A DNA stretch of 64,000 nt, from NCBI RefSeq assembly GCF_038025025.1, contig NW_027117342.1:1364001-1428000 (forward strand), in the 5' to 3' direction. Source of the DNA: Phyllosticta citribraziliensis. Its lineage: Eukaryota. Shown here piece after piece: positions 53,301 through 64,000 of the stretch. The notes below the pieces were generated by a model that saw nothing but the letters and a program-made list of their open reading frames with translations, was not told the origin of the DNA and searched no databases. A program made the translations under genes and the position numbers. Within the stretch, counting starts at the first letter, position 1. Every line of letters begins with the position of its first letter.

Positions 53301-56300
53301 GGAATATCCTAACTTAATCTTAAAAGGTAAAAGTCTAGTAGCTTTATAGGGAAGTGTTACTTGTGCAAGGTCTATTAATAGTAGAAGATTAGACTAATCA
53401 TTCTAAAAGTAATTAATAAAAGGTCTTAATCTTTATATAAGATGCTGATTAATAATCTCCATAATACTATTAGTCTAAGAGTAGTAGGATAAGTTAAAAT
53501 GCTACTCTATACCAGTCAGCTTATACAGTTTATTTATAAACGCTAAGATAAACTGAGGGCCTTAGTTAGATAGGATAGACTTAGGGTTTCTATAAATATA
53601 GTAGATATATTTATAAAAGAGCCTAGAGACTCCTTTAGTATTAATCTTCTTTATATAAGGCAAGCTGAAGGTTCTTTAACTTAACTAGTCTATAATAACT
53701 AGGATTGTATTATAGCCTTTTTAGTCTTTAGGCATCTCTTTAAAATCTATAGCTAGGTATTACTAGGGTTAAGTAGGAATCTCTAGGGGTTATAAAAGGC
53801 CTAGGTCTTTATTATAAAACTCTTTTATTTAGTAGCAAATATAGCATCCTTACCTGTAAATATCAATCATATAATTTATAGCTAGCTAATAGTAATGTTA
53901 CTTAAGGAGTTTTCACATCTTTATAATACTAGAATAGGCAGTTATATAGGTGGTATATAAAGCATCAAGCATTTTTATATAGAGGTTATTGTGATCTAGT
54001 ATAAAGAGGGTGCTATATTATAGTAAAAGACCATCTTTTAGTTCCTAACTATTTCTTTATTTAAGGTCTTTTAAGAGGGCTTTCTATCTCTAGAGTTCTA
54101 ATTTAGAATCTTCCTAGTTTATATAGAGGAGTTTATCTAAAAATAATACTAGAGAAGAAAGTTCTTATTCTAAAATAGAAAGAGGGATAATAGTCTCTAG
54201 TAGAATAAGGCATATCTCTTATACAGCCCTTGCTTTTTCTTTTTAAGTCTTTAGGTCTTCTTATTTTTAAGTAAGGTAATTAGTAATGATATTTTCCTTT
54301 CCTAGTTAATAGGAGAATTATACGTGGAATTCTATAAAAAACTTAGACCATCTAGCTTGTTATTAATTAAGTTGTTATTTAGTAGAGTAGTACTCTAATA
54401 CCTAATAGTCTATAATTGCGAGAAAAGGTTTTTTAAGGCTAATAAGTATTAGTCTCTATTCTTCTAGTCTATTCTTAATAGCCAGCAGTTCTTTATTTAA
54501 AATTCTATAATAAAGTTCTGCATCTACTATTGCCTTAAAGTAGAAGGCTACTAGTTTCTAATTATATAAAGGTTATTAGAGCTGCGTTAAAACGCCTATA
54601 GTAACTCTATTACTTATATTAGTCTCTATGTGAGTGTTAAGAGTAGGGTTATAGTTAGCTAGGAGTGTATTACTATATATTAGCTTCTTAAGTTGCTAAA
54701 TTGCCTCTTCTTTTAGGGGTCCTAGTTGTTGCCATTTTGCCTTAGAGTATAGTTTCTCTAATAGTTAGCTAATTTATCTATAGTTAGGGAGAAATCGTTA
54801 GTAGAAATTATAGAAACCTAGGAAGGATTAAAGAGCTTTAAGGGTTTTTAGTATTAGCTAGTTTTATATAGGTTCTACCTTATCTGGGTCTATTTAAATG
54901 CCTTCTATAGAAATGATATATCTAAGAAACTTTATATAAGTAACTAAAAACTCACTCTTCTTTAAATCTACCTATAGTCCTACTTTTTATAGTCTTACTA
55001 GTACTTTTTTTACTTGTTCCTTATACTCTGCAGGGTTTTTAGAGATAATAAGTATATCATCTATAAAAGCCATAATAAAGTTGTCTAAATACTTAAAGAG
55101 AACCTGGTTAATAAAATATTAAAAGGCTGCTGGTCTGTTACTTAATCTAAAAGGTAAGATATAGTATTTAAATAACCTATATCTTATATAGAAAGTGGTT
55201 TTATCTTCAGAATCCTTAGTAAGATAGATGTAGTAGAAAGCTTATTAAATATCAAGCTTAGTATAAATCTTGCCCTTTCTAATATACTAAAGCAACTCTA
55301 TAATAAGAGGGAGGGGGTGTAAATCCTTAGTAGTTTATTTATTAAGCTATTAGTAGTCTATGTAAAATCTCCATCCCCTACTAGGCTTTTTTACTACCAG
55401 AATAGGAGAAGTATAGGTAGTAAAGCTTTTAGTAATAAAGCCTTTCTAAATATTCTTAATAATATACTCTTTTATAGCCTTAAGCTGTTCTAGAGACATT
55501 CTATAGAGAGGGCTAGGTGGAAGCTCTAGTAGACTATTATATATAAGAGATATTTTATGATCAACTCCTATATAATATGGTAGTAGCTTGTTAGACTCTA
55601 TTTTAGAAAACACATCTTGAAATTCCTTATAAGCAGCTAGTAGCTTAGAAGCTAATAATTCCTTAGTTTCTTTATCTTTAAGAGCCACTTAAACTTATAT
55701 AAGGTTAATAGTATAGATCTCTATTAGCGCAACTTGTATTTTATAGATAGAAAGCTTAAAAGCATCTTAAGTTTAAAATTCAATTCCCTTAATAACCTAT
55801 ACTAAAGGAAGAAGGCGTTTATTAAAGTTTTTATCTCTATAGTCTATATCTACTTAATATTCTTTCTGCAGTTTATTGCTTTATATAGAGACTTTTAGTA
55901 GGTATAAAAGATGCTAAAAGGACTAGTTAACTAGTAGCTATCTCTAGACTAGTTTGTATTATTTATAGTCTAGGAGGACATCGTGCTAGTTAAAAAACTA
56001 TCACCTAAGAATCATGTTGTTACGGCTAATATTATAAATAAAAGTATAAGTAGAAACTATTTAATCTTAGAAATAGAGTTAAAGATAAAAGTAAAAATTA
56101 ACTTTCTTATTTATATATTAGTTAAACCTAGTAATATCGAGCCCTTTACCTATTATTCTCTTTTTTACAGCACCTATAGACTAGAGAGTCAGTAGTAGCT
56201 TAGGGTGAATAAAACTTATACTACTAGTACTAGTATTAGCTAGGGCATAAATTTTTAAGGCACGGCTATTAGATATAATTAAGGTTCGTATAGTAAAGGG

Positions 56301-58581
56301 TACACCTCTAATAAAGTAACTAAGATTTATATAAGAACCTTTAATATGTATTACTCTAAGTTTAGACCTAAGGCAGGAGACTTTACCTAGGCCTTATTAT
56401 TTTCTAATAAAGACTAATCTCCTTTATTTATATAGATATCTTTAGTACTTTCTTCTTCTACTAACTCTATTACCTTTATCTCTAGTTATAGGCATTGCCT
56501 CTATAAATAGCTAAACTAGCTGCAGTAATTATATAGTCTAATCTCTATACAGACTTCTACTTTACCTTTACAGGTTATATCATATAAGGGAGCCCTAGAT
56601 ATAGATTATGCCTAGGTATAACTAGAAGATAAAGCACTTATACCACCTAAGGTAGTTATCTTTACTTATTCTTATTATCTCTTCTTTACTCTTTCCTTAT
56701 ATAATATAAGTATTAGTTTTCTATAGTTAAAATAGTAGTCACTAAGACTTCAAGCAATAGGGTAGGCTTATTAGAGGTACTTATAAAAGTTAATATCCTT
56801 ATCTTACTCTATAGTAACTATATAGGTTTAAAGGAGAGGATCTATTATATTATAAAAGTCCTCTTTCTACTATTCTTAGGGAAGATCTACATCTAAGGCT
56901 AATTATATAAAGTTTAATTAAAACTTCTAAAGGTCTATAGGAATATAGTATATAAGAGAGTATAACTACTTCTTTATATCCTTATATTTATATAGACTCT
57001 AAAGGAGGTTATCTAGGAATTTAAAGATATCCTTATCTAGAGTGACTTTATTAGCCTTTATATAAGAAGTAAGGAAAGGAGTTAGGTGATATAAGACTTC
57101 TCTACTAATATAGGAAATAATATAACCTATAATGTTCTATTTAGTCTCCTCTACTGTATCTTTAGTAAAGTGATCGTGGTTTTATTTAATTTTATTTTAT
57201 ATAAGGAGGGTCTAGTATTTATATAAGGGGTCTTCTCTATTAGTAAGAAGAGGAGGATTAGGAACCTTACTACTTTAGTATTTCTTACTACTTAAAGATA
57301 AAGTAGAGGTTTTAGTAGTGGTTTCCCTTATATAGGTTAGAGGAGGTCTAAGAGTCCTTATTACTCTACTAGTAGAAGGATCTTAAGAGAGGGTAATAGG
57401 TCTTAGGTGCTAAGCTAATAAAGAGGGCCTAATATATCCTTCCCTTAAGGCTTCCCTTAGTCTATTAGTATAGTTTAAGAGTGTTTACTTAAGAGCCTAG
57501 TTCTGCCTTTGCGCGCGGTTTAGTTGCTGCTATACTTAAGACTTGTTTAAAGATGTAATCTTAGATTTAAATTAATTAATATCTAAGTGTGGTACCTTTA
57601 TAAACACCTCTATAACTAGAGCTTAAATAGTATAAGTTGACCCTAGGTCTTAGGTATGTTCTTTTACCTCTACTACTAGGACTAAGTAGAAATTATATAG
57701 GAGAATAGGGGTAGGTCCTCTCTTATTATTATTTAATAAGTATCTAGTATTGCGTGAATCTTTAGTTCCTTCGCGCGAATCTTATTAGGTTAATTAACTA
57801 GTACTAATACCTTTAGTAGTGCTAGATATATTAGCTTTATTCTTAGCTATACTGTCTTTATAGTCTTCTACTTAGAATGTCCCTTAAGTAGGTTATAGAT
57901 AGGACGCCTCCTAGATGTTTATATACTGCCCTATAGCCTTAACTAAAGACTTCTATAGTTAATACGTGCTTAATACTCCTTAGTCCTTAGATGATACTAA
58001 TGCGCCTAATAAAGATGACTTAGATTTACTAGGGAAAAGTAATAAGTAGTCTTATATAAGACTATAGCTGCGCATGACATTACTTAGGTTAAATATTATA
58101 ACACCTTTATAGGTAAAGAAGTAGGATGGAGCTAAAACTTAGAATAATCTTTTATATCTATTATAACTTATAGATTTCTCATTATATAGGTAAGGGCTAA
58201 AGGTAAACTGCTAGAGAATATATATATATCTTAATTAAATCTAATAAGTTAAAAGAATAAAATATAAAAGATACTTGCTATCTATATATTTCCTAGTCCT
58301 TCCTTTATACTATTCTACCTCTTATCCTTTATATAAGGGTCCTTAGTTATTATTAGGTAAGTTATAAAGGTAAGGTGTTAATAGGCTGTTGCGTAGTATC
58401 TGCCTAGGGCTGTAGTAGCTGGTGCCAGGCTATAGTGGCTAGTACTAGCCTGTAGGTTTTGGCCTAAGCTGTAGCAGGCTGCTACCTAAGGTGAGGCTCG
58501 TGCTTCCTGTAACTGTATAATACTAGGTTTATCTATACTGGCCCTAGTACTTATATAGGCGCGTGTACGCCTATTATAATA
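50349..58581 (-). mobile_element. Family B chromovirus copy B4 (8233 bp), appears the least RIP-mutated full copy
   Basis: 423-bp LTRs at 50349-50771 and 58159-58581. TSD ACTTA at 50344-50348 and 58582-58586. gag-pol spans ~58080-52598. ORF-track entry 55446-55688 is a surviving pol fragment. Confidence 0.95.
50771..52462 (+). pseudogene. Family B antisense accessory gene (copy B4): two introns, low-complexity Arg/Ser-rich N-part, C-terminal DUF3716-like Cys cluster
   Basis: Introns 51316-51366 (GTGAGT..ACTAAT..TAG) and 51885-51934 (GTAAGT..GACTAAC..TAG). The last exon, 51935-52462, reads DAFLIQxTG...CTKC...F..C..LPGF..GCCANCLWG....CT...KKKGKGRK*. 5' end unresolved. Confidence 0.75.
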
Positions 58582-60523
58582 ACTTATATCTACTAGCTTA
58601 TCTTTATTAAGCTATATAGGACTTAAATAGCTAGGACTAGTAGTAGGTTAGAATAGTATCTCTAGAGGGTTAGTAAATTATATATACTTAGCTAGTATAG
58701 GTTAAGGTATCTAGTTCTACTACTAGCTAGCTAGCTACTAGATAGTACTATAGCCTAGAGGTTAGAATCTTAGTAGTAATAATAGGTCTAAGTTACTCTA
58801 GAATATTAACTTCCTATTAGCTAATAAGAAGGGTAGCTAGTCTTATAGGTAGGACTTCTATATAGATAGGATAGGTAGAGTACCTATTTAGGCCCTTATA
58901 AAGGGGTTACTAGTAGCTAACTATTAAGGCTTCTAAGGAGCCTGGCTATTTAATACCTACTATAGAAATGGGTTATATTACTTAGATTAGGGAACTTTAT
59001 TATTAATATTACTTATATTATTAACCCTAGCTCTCTTTATAGTATAGACTTCCTCTTTAGTTAATTCTCTTTAAGCCTCTATAGTAAAACTCTCTTTATT
59101 AAGTAGCTCTCCCTAGACTATATTAACTCCTAACTACTATACTTTATAAAAGTAGTAGTTTAAAATATTATAGATCTTAGGTAATACTACTCTACCTTAT
59201 ATTCTATATAGGGAGTACTCCTCTATAAAATAGGTATTACTAGTATTAGGATTCTACTAGCTATTATAGGTTTCTAGAAATTTATATAATAGTTAGTTAT
59301 TATTCTAATACTATTTAGCTTTATACCTATACCTCTCTTTATATATCTTCCTAGTATATAGATACTTATTACTATAGTAGTAGTTAGGTTTATCTTCCTA
59401 GTAATTAAAGTATAGTAGCTCTAAATAAGCTTCTTAGGGTTATATAAACTAATTTAGGTACTATTACTATTAAGTTAACTAAGTATCTTAGGCTAAGAAC
59501 TATTTCCTTAGGTACTACTATTAAGTACTTAGTTAATAGGAGTTAGTCTACTAACTACTTAGCTAGAAAGAATTAGGTTACTAGTATAAATTACTCTACT
59601 AAGGATTTAAGCCTAGTTACTAGCCTCTACTACCTTAGAATTATAATTCTAGAGGTAGTTAATTATTCTACTAAAAACCTAAAGAAGCCTGGTTAGTCCT
59701 ATTATTTATTCTCTAAATATAAGGGTATACTTACTAGGTATTATTACTAGTTATATTTATTATAATAACTTACTTAAGAGCCTTATATATTAGACTAAGT
59801 TAAGCTCTAATAGTACTACCTATTACCTAAGCCTATTATTTATCCTTAATTATATACTATATCTTTTAAGTTTATTCTAAGGCTAGGCCTCTAGATATAG
59901 GGTAAATAATATCCCTAATAATTATAACTATATTATTAAATATTACTAGGCCTCCCTATCTAGTACCTCTCTTCTACCTAGAATTACTTTAAACCTATAT
60001 TAATACTAGTCTACTTATAGTATAGTCTTTAAGATTTTTTATAAAGTATTTAATAACTACCTCTAATATACTAGTACCTATAAGCTTAATAATCTTCTTA
60101 GACTTAGTAATATATTCCTCTAGAGGTATTCTACCTTAATAAAGTATAGTAAAATCTTAGTATACTTATTTTACCTTATACTAGTTCTAGGATAGGAAAT
60201 ACTTATATAGATAATTATAAGTAGTCTTAATATTATTATAGATACTATTATCTAGGCTATAGAAATACTCCTTAGCTATACCTTTAAGGTAATTCTCTAA
60301 GAATAGTACTTATATAATATCTTATTCTTTAGTTAGGAGATATTAGTAAATAATTTAGGATATAATTATATATTATTAAGTCTATTATTTAGTATCTTCT
60401 CTATAATAGCCTAAGAAAACTATTACTATAATAGGTATAGGAGTAGATACTACTATTCTAGCTAAATATTTAATAAGTTTATACTATTCCTTTTTCTTAT
60501 ATACCTTCTCTTCTTCTCTCTAG

Positions 60524-60595
60524 TATTAAGCCTCTTCTACTAGATATTAAGCCTCTTCTACTTCCTAGTATTAAGCCTCTTCTACTAGATATTAG
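60524..60595. repeat. Three imperfect ~21-24-bp repeats (TATTAAGCCTCTTCTAC) near the start of family A gag
   Basis: Seen directly; the spacings are multiples of 3, consistent with a coding repeat. Confidence 0.7.
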
Positions 60596-61817
60596 AGTTC
60601 CTTTTCTATATTATTTATTATTTTAAGTTAATAAATTTATTTAGACCCTATAGTACTTACTAACTCCCCTAATATAGATAAATCTAACTATAATAGACTA
60701 TAAGTTACTAAAGTCCTATTAGTAGTATTATAAGTATAACTAGTCTAAGTACTCTATATATATTAGTCTATATAAGTATAGTAGGTAGCTATATATAGAC
60801 TATATCTTAGGATATAGGAAACTTACTAGGTATAAGTAAATATTAGGCTTATAGGGGATAAGATAGAGGAGGATAAATAACTAAAAGTAGTAAATAGTTT
60901 AGAGGATTATATTCTAAGTAGCTAACCCTATAGAGGCTATAATAGAATCCTTAGATAGGTAAGCTTATTAGTAAGTAAATTAAGGGAGCTCTAGATTAGG
61001 GTAGGGAGATAGGTAATAATAGGATTAATAATAGTTAATATAAAGGAGATAACTCTCTAGGTTAATAATAGTAAATCTTAAGGTTAGTATTAGGGAGTAT
61101 AAGAGGTATTTAGTACTTCTAATTTACTATTTAAATCTAATAGTACTAGGTTAGTTATTAATATAGTATATTAATAGGAATAATTTCTCTTAAAGTAGTT
61201 AGAATTTAGATCTAAACTAGTACTTTTCCTAGTAGTAGTTAAGATAAAGAACTGATACTATAATAGGTAGGAGTTTATTAGTAGAGAGGGGTATTATAAA
61301 TAATAAGTAGTATATTAATAGGAGTATAAAGTTTAGTATAGAGGGTAGGGTAATAAAGAGACTAAAGGTTAAGAGAAAATAAGATACTAGAGTAATTAAA
61401 AGCCCTAGTTACTTAGCTCTCTCTCTTAGGTAACTACTATCTCTATAGTAGCTACTATTATTATAAGGAAACTACCTTATAATAGTAATACCTTTCTACT
61501 TTAGGACTATACTAAGCTATACTCTAAATTAAAAGTCCTAATTATTATTATAACTAGAGATATATAAGATAAGTAATTATTTCCTTAAAGTAATAGTATA
61601 ATATCTACCTAATAGTCTTTACTTAATTCCTATAGTTATTTCCTAGTACTACTAGTAACCTACTTAGTATTATATAGTTTACTTAGTATATTATTTACTT
61701 AATAAAACTATTTCTACTAGCTTAATATATACTCCTACTACTTAAAATCTAGGTTACTTAATATACTAAAGTCTATACTATTAACTTACTACTAATTCCC
61801 TTATAGTAACTACTAGC

Positions 61818-61953
61818 TGATACTTAAATAATTAGGGTATGGTAGTTTTAGTAACTTATATGATTAATGCTAAGTCTAAGGTCTGTTAGGCTAGGATGAC
61901 TAACTAAAGTGCTGCTCCTGATGTTCTACTGTACATGTGACTTCTGCCCCACA
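61818..61953 (-). repeat. Family A 5' LTR (136 bp)
   Basis: Partner of 9787-9922; TG...CA termini intact; followed by the TSD CCGC. Confidence 0.93.
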
Positions 61954-62426
61954 CCGCTCCGCCCGCCATCACACTACCTTACCTGCCACATGATGCAGCT
62001 AGAAGTCTTGCGACAGCTCGCAGCAGCAAGCTTGTCGTCTCGCCACCTAAGGTGGTCCAACTCGGAATTCCCGTGCCTGGTAGGCGGCACATTACATGCC
62101 TACGCATGTGGCCCGCCCGGCCCTCCGACCGTTGAAGGTACGGTTACATAGGCGGCGCCATGTACCTGCCTCGTTCACCGCTTCTGCGGCGTCTGCCTTG
62201 CCTTGGTTCAACTTTCTCGCCGAGCTGGCTAATGTAGCTGCTCCGGCTTGCTTGCTTGCTTGCTTGCCGTCGATGACGCAGCGCGGGCGCATGGCGTGGA
62301 CGAAAAGGAACAGAACCGAACGGCCGCTTGCCCGTGGTTCGTTCTAGGCGAATCCGGAAACTGCACGCGTAGAGACGAGGTTTTCGTATGACTGGAGTCG
62401 TGTGTCCGGTCCCGCTCCTTCTCCAT

Positions 62427-62457
62427 CTTGCCTTGCCTTGCCTTGCCTTGCCTTGCC
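62427..62457. repeat. (CTTGC)6 microsatellite; also (GCTT)5 at ~62247-62266 and (CTGA)4 at ~9765-9781
   Basis: Seen directly. Confidence 0.9.
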
Positions 62458-63463
62458 GTGGCCTTTGGCGAAGCTGCTACATGCCGTATCGATCACTTCA
62501 CGCTGGCTGAGTACGGTACGGTACAGTAGCTTTCTCTCGTAGCGAACAGGATTTCTGTGGACAGTTCGCCAACATTGATCTTCTGCTCGTACGAGTTTAT
62601 ACGGGACTGACTGCTAGGCAAGGCCTCCTTCGGCCGATGATATATGAGTGCGGATTTGAGCTCCGGCGACCAAGTGTTCGTTCGGAGCTGGAAATGGTTG
62701 GCATCACGTTTGATCCTTTCGTCTATTTTTCGGTTGTGTCGTCTTTGGTATTTCGCGAGGTGCGTCGCTTCTCATCAAAGTCAGCGTGACGTAAGGGCCG
62801 AATATGCCGCATGATTTTGCGCGGTAGCTTGGAGGGTCTGTCGATGGTAGATATGCAGATAAACTTGCGGATGAGGGGTATGTACAGTGCCTCTGAGACT
62901 AGAAGGCAAGAAACCCCCAAGTCCCGCGGAGAAGCATCTCCAAAACTCCGTACTATCCAAGAGCAGGCGTGACGGACTATTTGCATAAACAAGCGAGCAA
63001 TCGTCGTTTCTCCTTTGAGGGACCGGCGTGTTCATCCAAGCTCTTCTAAGAACAATTCAGTAGGAAGACTGGGGACTTTGTTTACCTGATTCAAGTGCCT
63101 GTGCCAGTGTGGCAGGTGATTCGCCAGTCGCGTCAGGGGAGCTCTAGTGCGGCTGAAAGACAAAGTTTCCGCATGTTTATCGCAACGACAGATCGCTTTG
63201 CAAAAAGTGCTCGACGAAGAGCATGCTGAGGACATGCGCGAGAATGACTTCTTGTCGATTTCTGCTGTTCATTGAAGACTAACTACGGCCGATGATGTTG
63301 ACCTCGAAGTTGATTCGGGATATCGTAAACATTGAAAAGTCGTTGAAACTTTTGCTGGCCGCTGGGTATATATGTTGAACTCTCGTTCGTGCATCTCATC
63401 ACTCCCCAAAACTCCTTTTTTCGAACCGCTTTTTTGGAAACCCATTTGAACCGGGTGGATGAT

Positions 63464-64000
63464 TTACTGCGAAAGATCCTCGCCCCACACCTGCTTTGCG
63501 ATTTCGACTTCGAGGCGAATCTTGGCCCACTGGTCCTCCTCGGAAAGCATGTTGCCCTCCATGGTGGAGCTGAAGCCGCACTGGTGGCTCAGGCAGAGCT
63601 GTTCAAGGCCACGGGGGCAGTACTGGGCAGCTTCGTTGAGACGCTTGATGATGGTCTCCTTGTCATCGAGTTGGCCGGCTTTGGACGACATGGCGCCAAG
63701 AACGACGACCTTGTTCTCTGGCAGGAAGCGGAGCGGCGAAAAGTCGCCCGAGCGGGCATCGTCATACTCCAGGAAGTAAGCGTCGACGTTGAGGTCTTTG
63801 AAGAGGACCTCGGCGACGGGCTCGTAACCACCCGAAGCGAACCACTGAGATTGGTAGTTGCCACGGCACAGATGGATACCAATGGTCATGTCGGCAGGGC
63901 GCTTGGAGATGGCGGCGTTGATCAGCTCAGCGTACTTCTTGGGAAGAGCATTCACGTCCTCGTTGCGCTGAGCAGCCTGCTCCCTCATCTGGGGATCGCA
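63464..64000 (-). CDS. Cobalamin-independent methionine synthase II family protein (catalytic-domain type), 5'-partial
   Basis: Zn-ligand motifs HLCRGN, FLEYD and QCGFSS, plus SGGYEPVAE and QWAKIRL. The frame stays open to the window edge. Confidence 0.92.
   Translation of the reverse strand, partial: CDPQMREQAAQRNEDVNALPKKYAELINAAISKRPADMTIGIHLCRGNYQSQWFASGGYEPVAEVLFKDLNVDAYFLEYDDARSGDFSPLRFLPENKVVVLGAMSSKAGQLDDKETIIKRLNEAAQYCPRGLEQLCLSHQCGFSSTMEGNMLSEEDQWAKIRLEVEIAKQVWGEDLSQ

Larger units (their letters stand above)
49540..60620 (-). pseudogene. Family A gag region (pieces ~60620-58587 and 50343-49540, split by element B4)
   Basis: Lies between the 5' LTR/leader and pol and shows codon-phased charged sequence. 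No diagnostic motif confirmed; boundaries approximate. Confidence 0.55.
9787..61953 (-). mobile_element. Family A Ty3/Gypsy LTR retrotransposon (outermost; ~12.1 kb once nested inserts are removed), RIP-inactivated
   Basis: 136-bp direct repeats at 9787-9922 and 61818-61953 (TGACAC...CCCCACA). 4-bp TSD CCGC at 9783-9786 and 61954-61957. Purine-rich PPT-like tract on the minus strand next to the left LTR. De-RIP motifs on minus: RT RMGQGLTGAP..YFVDDIFGG (~32240-32400), RNase H HLSIDASKTGLGG (~31730-31770), integrase YTDNGSHF (~30620-30640). Confidence 0.92.

Noticed and set aside
9787..61953. AT-rich block as organellar DNA, contamination or a Starship
   Set aside because: Fully accounted for by LTR pairs, TSDs and Gypsy pol motifs with TpA excess; no organellar genes or tyrosine recombinase captain seen.

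Overview
Filamentous-ascomycete (probably Dothideomycete-like) genomic DNA with a sharp two-compartment structure. Bases 1-9786 are GC-balanced and hold three core genes: a partial BCAS3/Atg18-like WD40 propeller gene, a myosin regulatory light chain-like EF-hand gene, and a divergently transcribed MesA/Afi1 gene. Bases 61954-64000 are GC-balanced again and end in the 3' part of a cobalamin-independent methionine synthase II-family gene. Everything between (9787-61953, ~52.2 kb, extremely AT-rich, RIP-mutated) resolves into ONE outer Ty3/Gypsy element (family A, 136-bp LTRs, CCGC TSD). It carries five nested insertions, each with its own TSD: three full-length chromoviruses of family B (one inside another), a family B solo LTR, and a 14.9-kb Ylt1-like element (family C). 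Manual de-RIP reading suggests all three families carry accessory ORFs between pol and the 3' LTR. The most notable is an antisense, two-intron gene in family B encoding a DUF3716-like Cys cluster. All protein readings inside the AT block are my manual reconstructions through RIP-induced stops. Residue identities at RIP-affected codons are inferred, and no database search was run.
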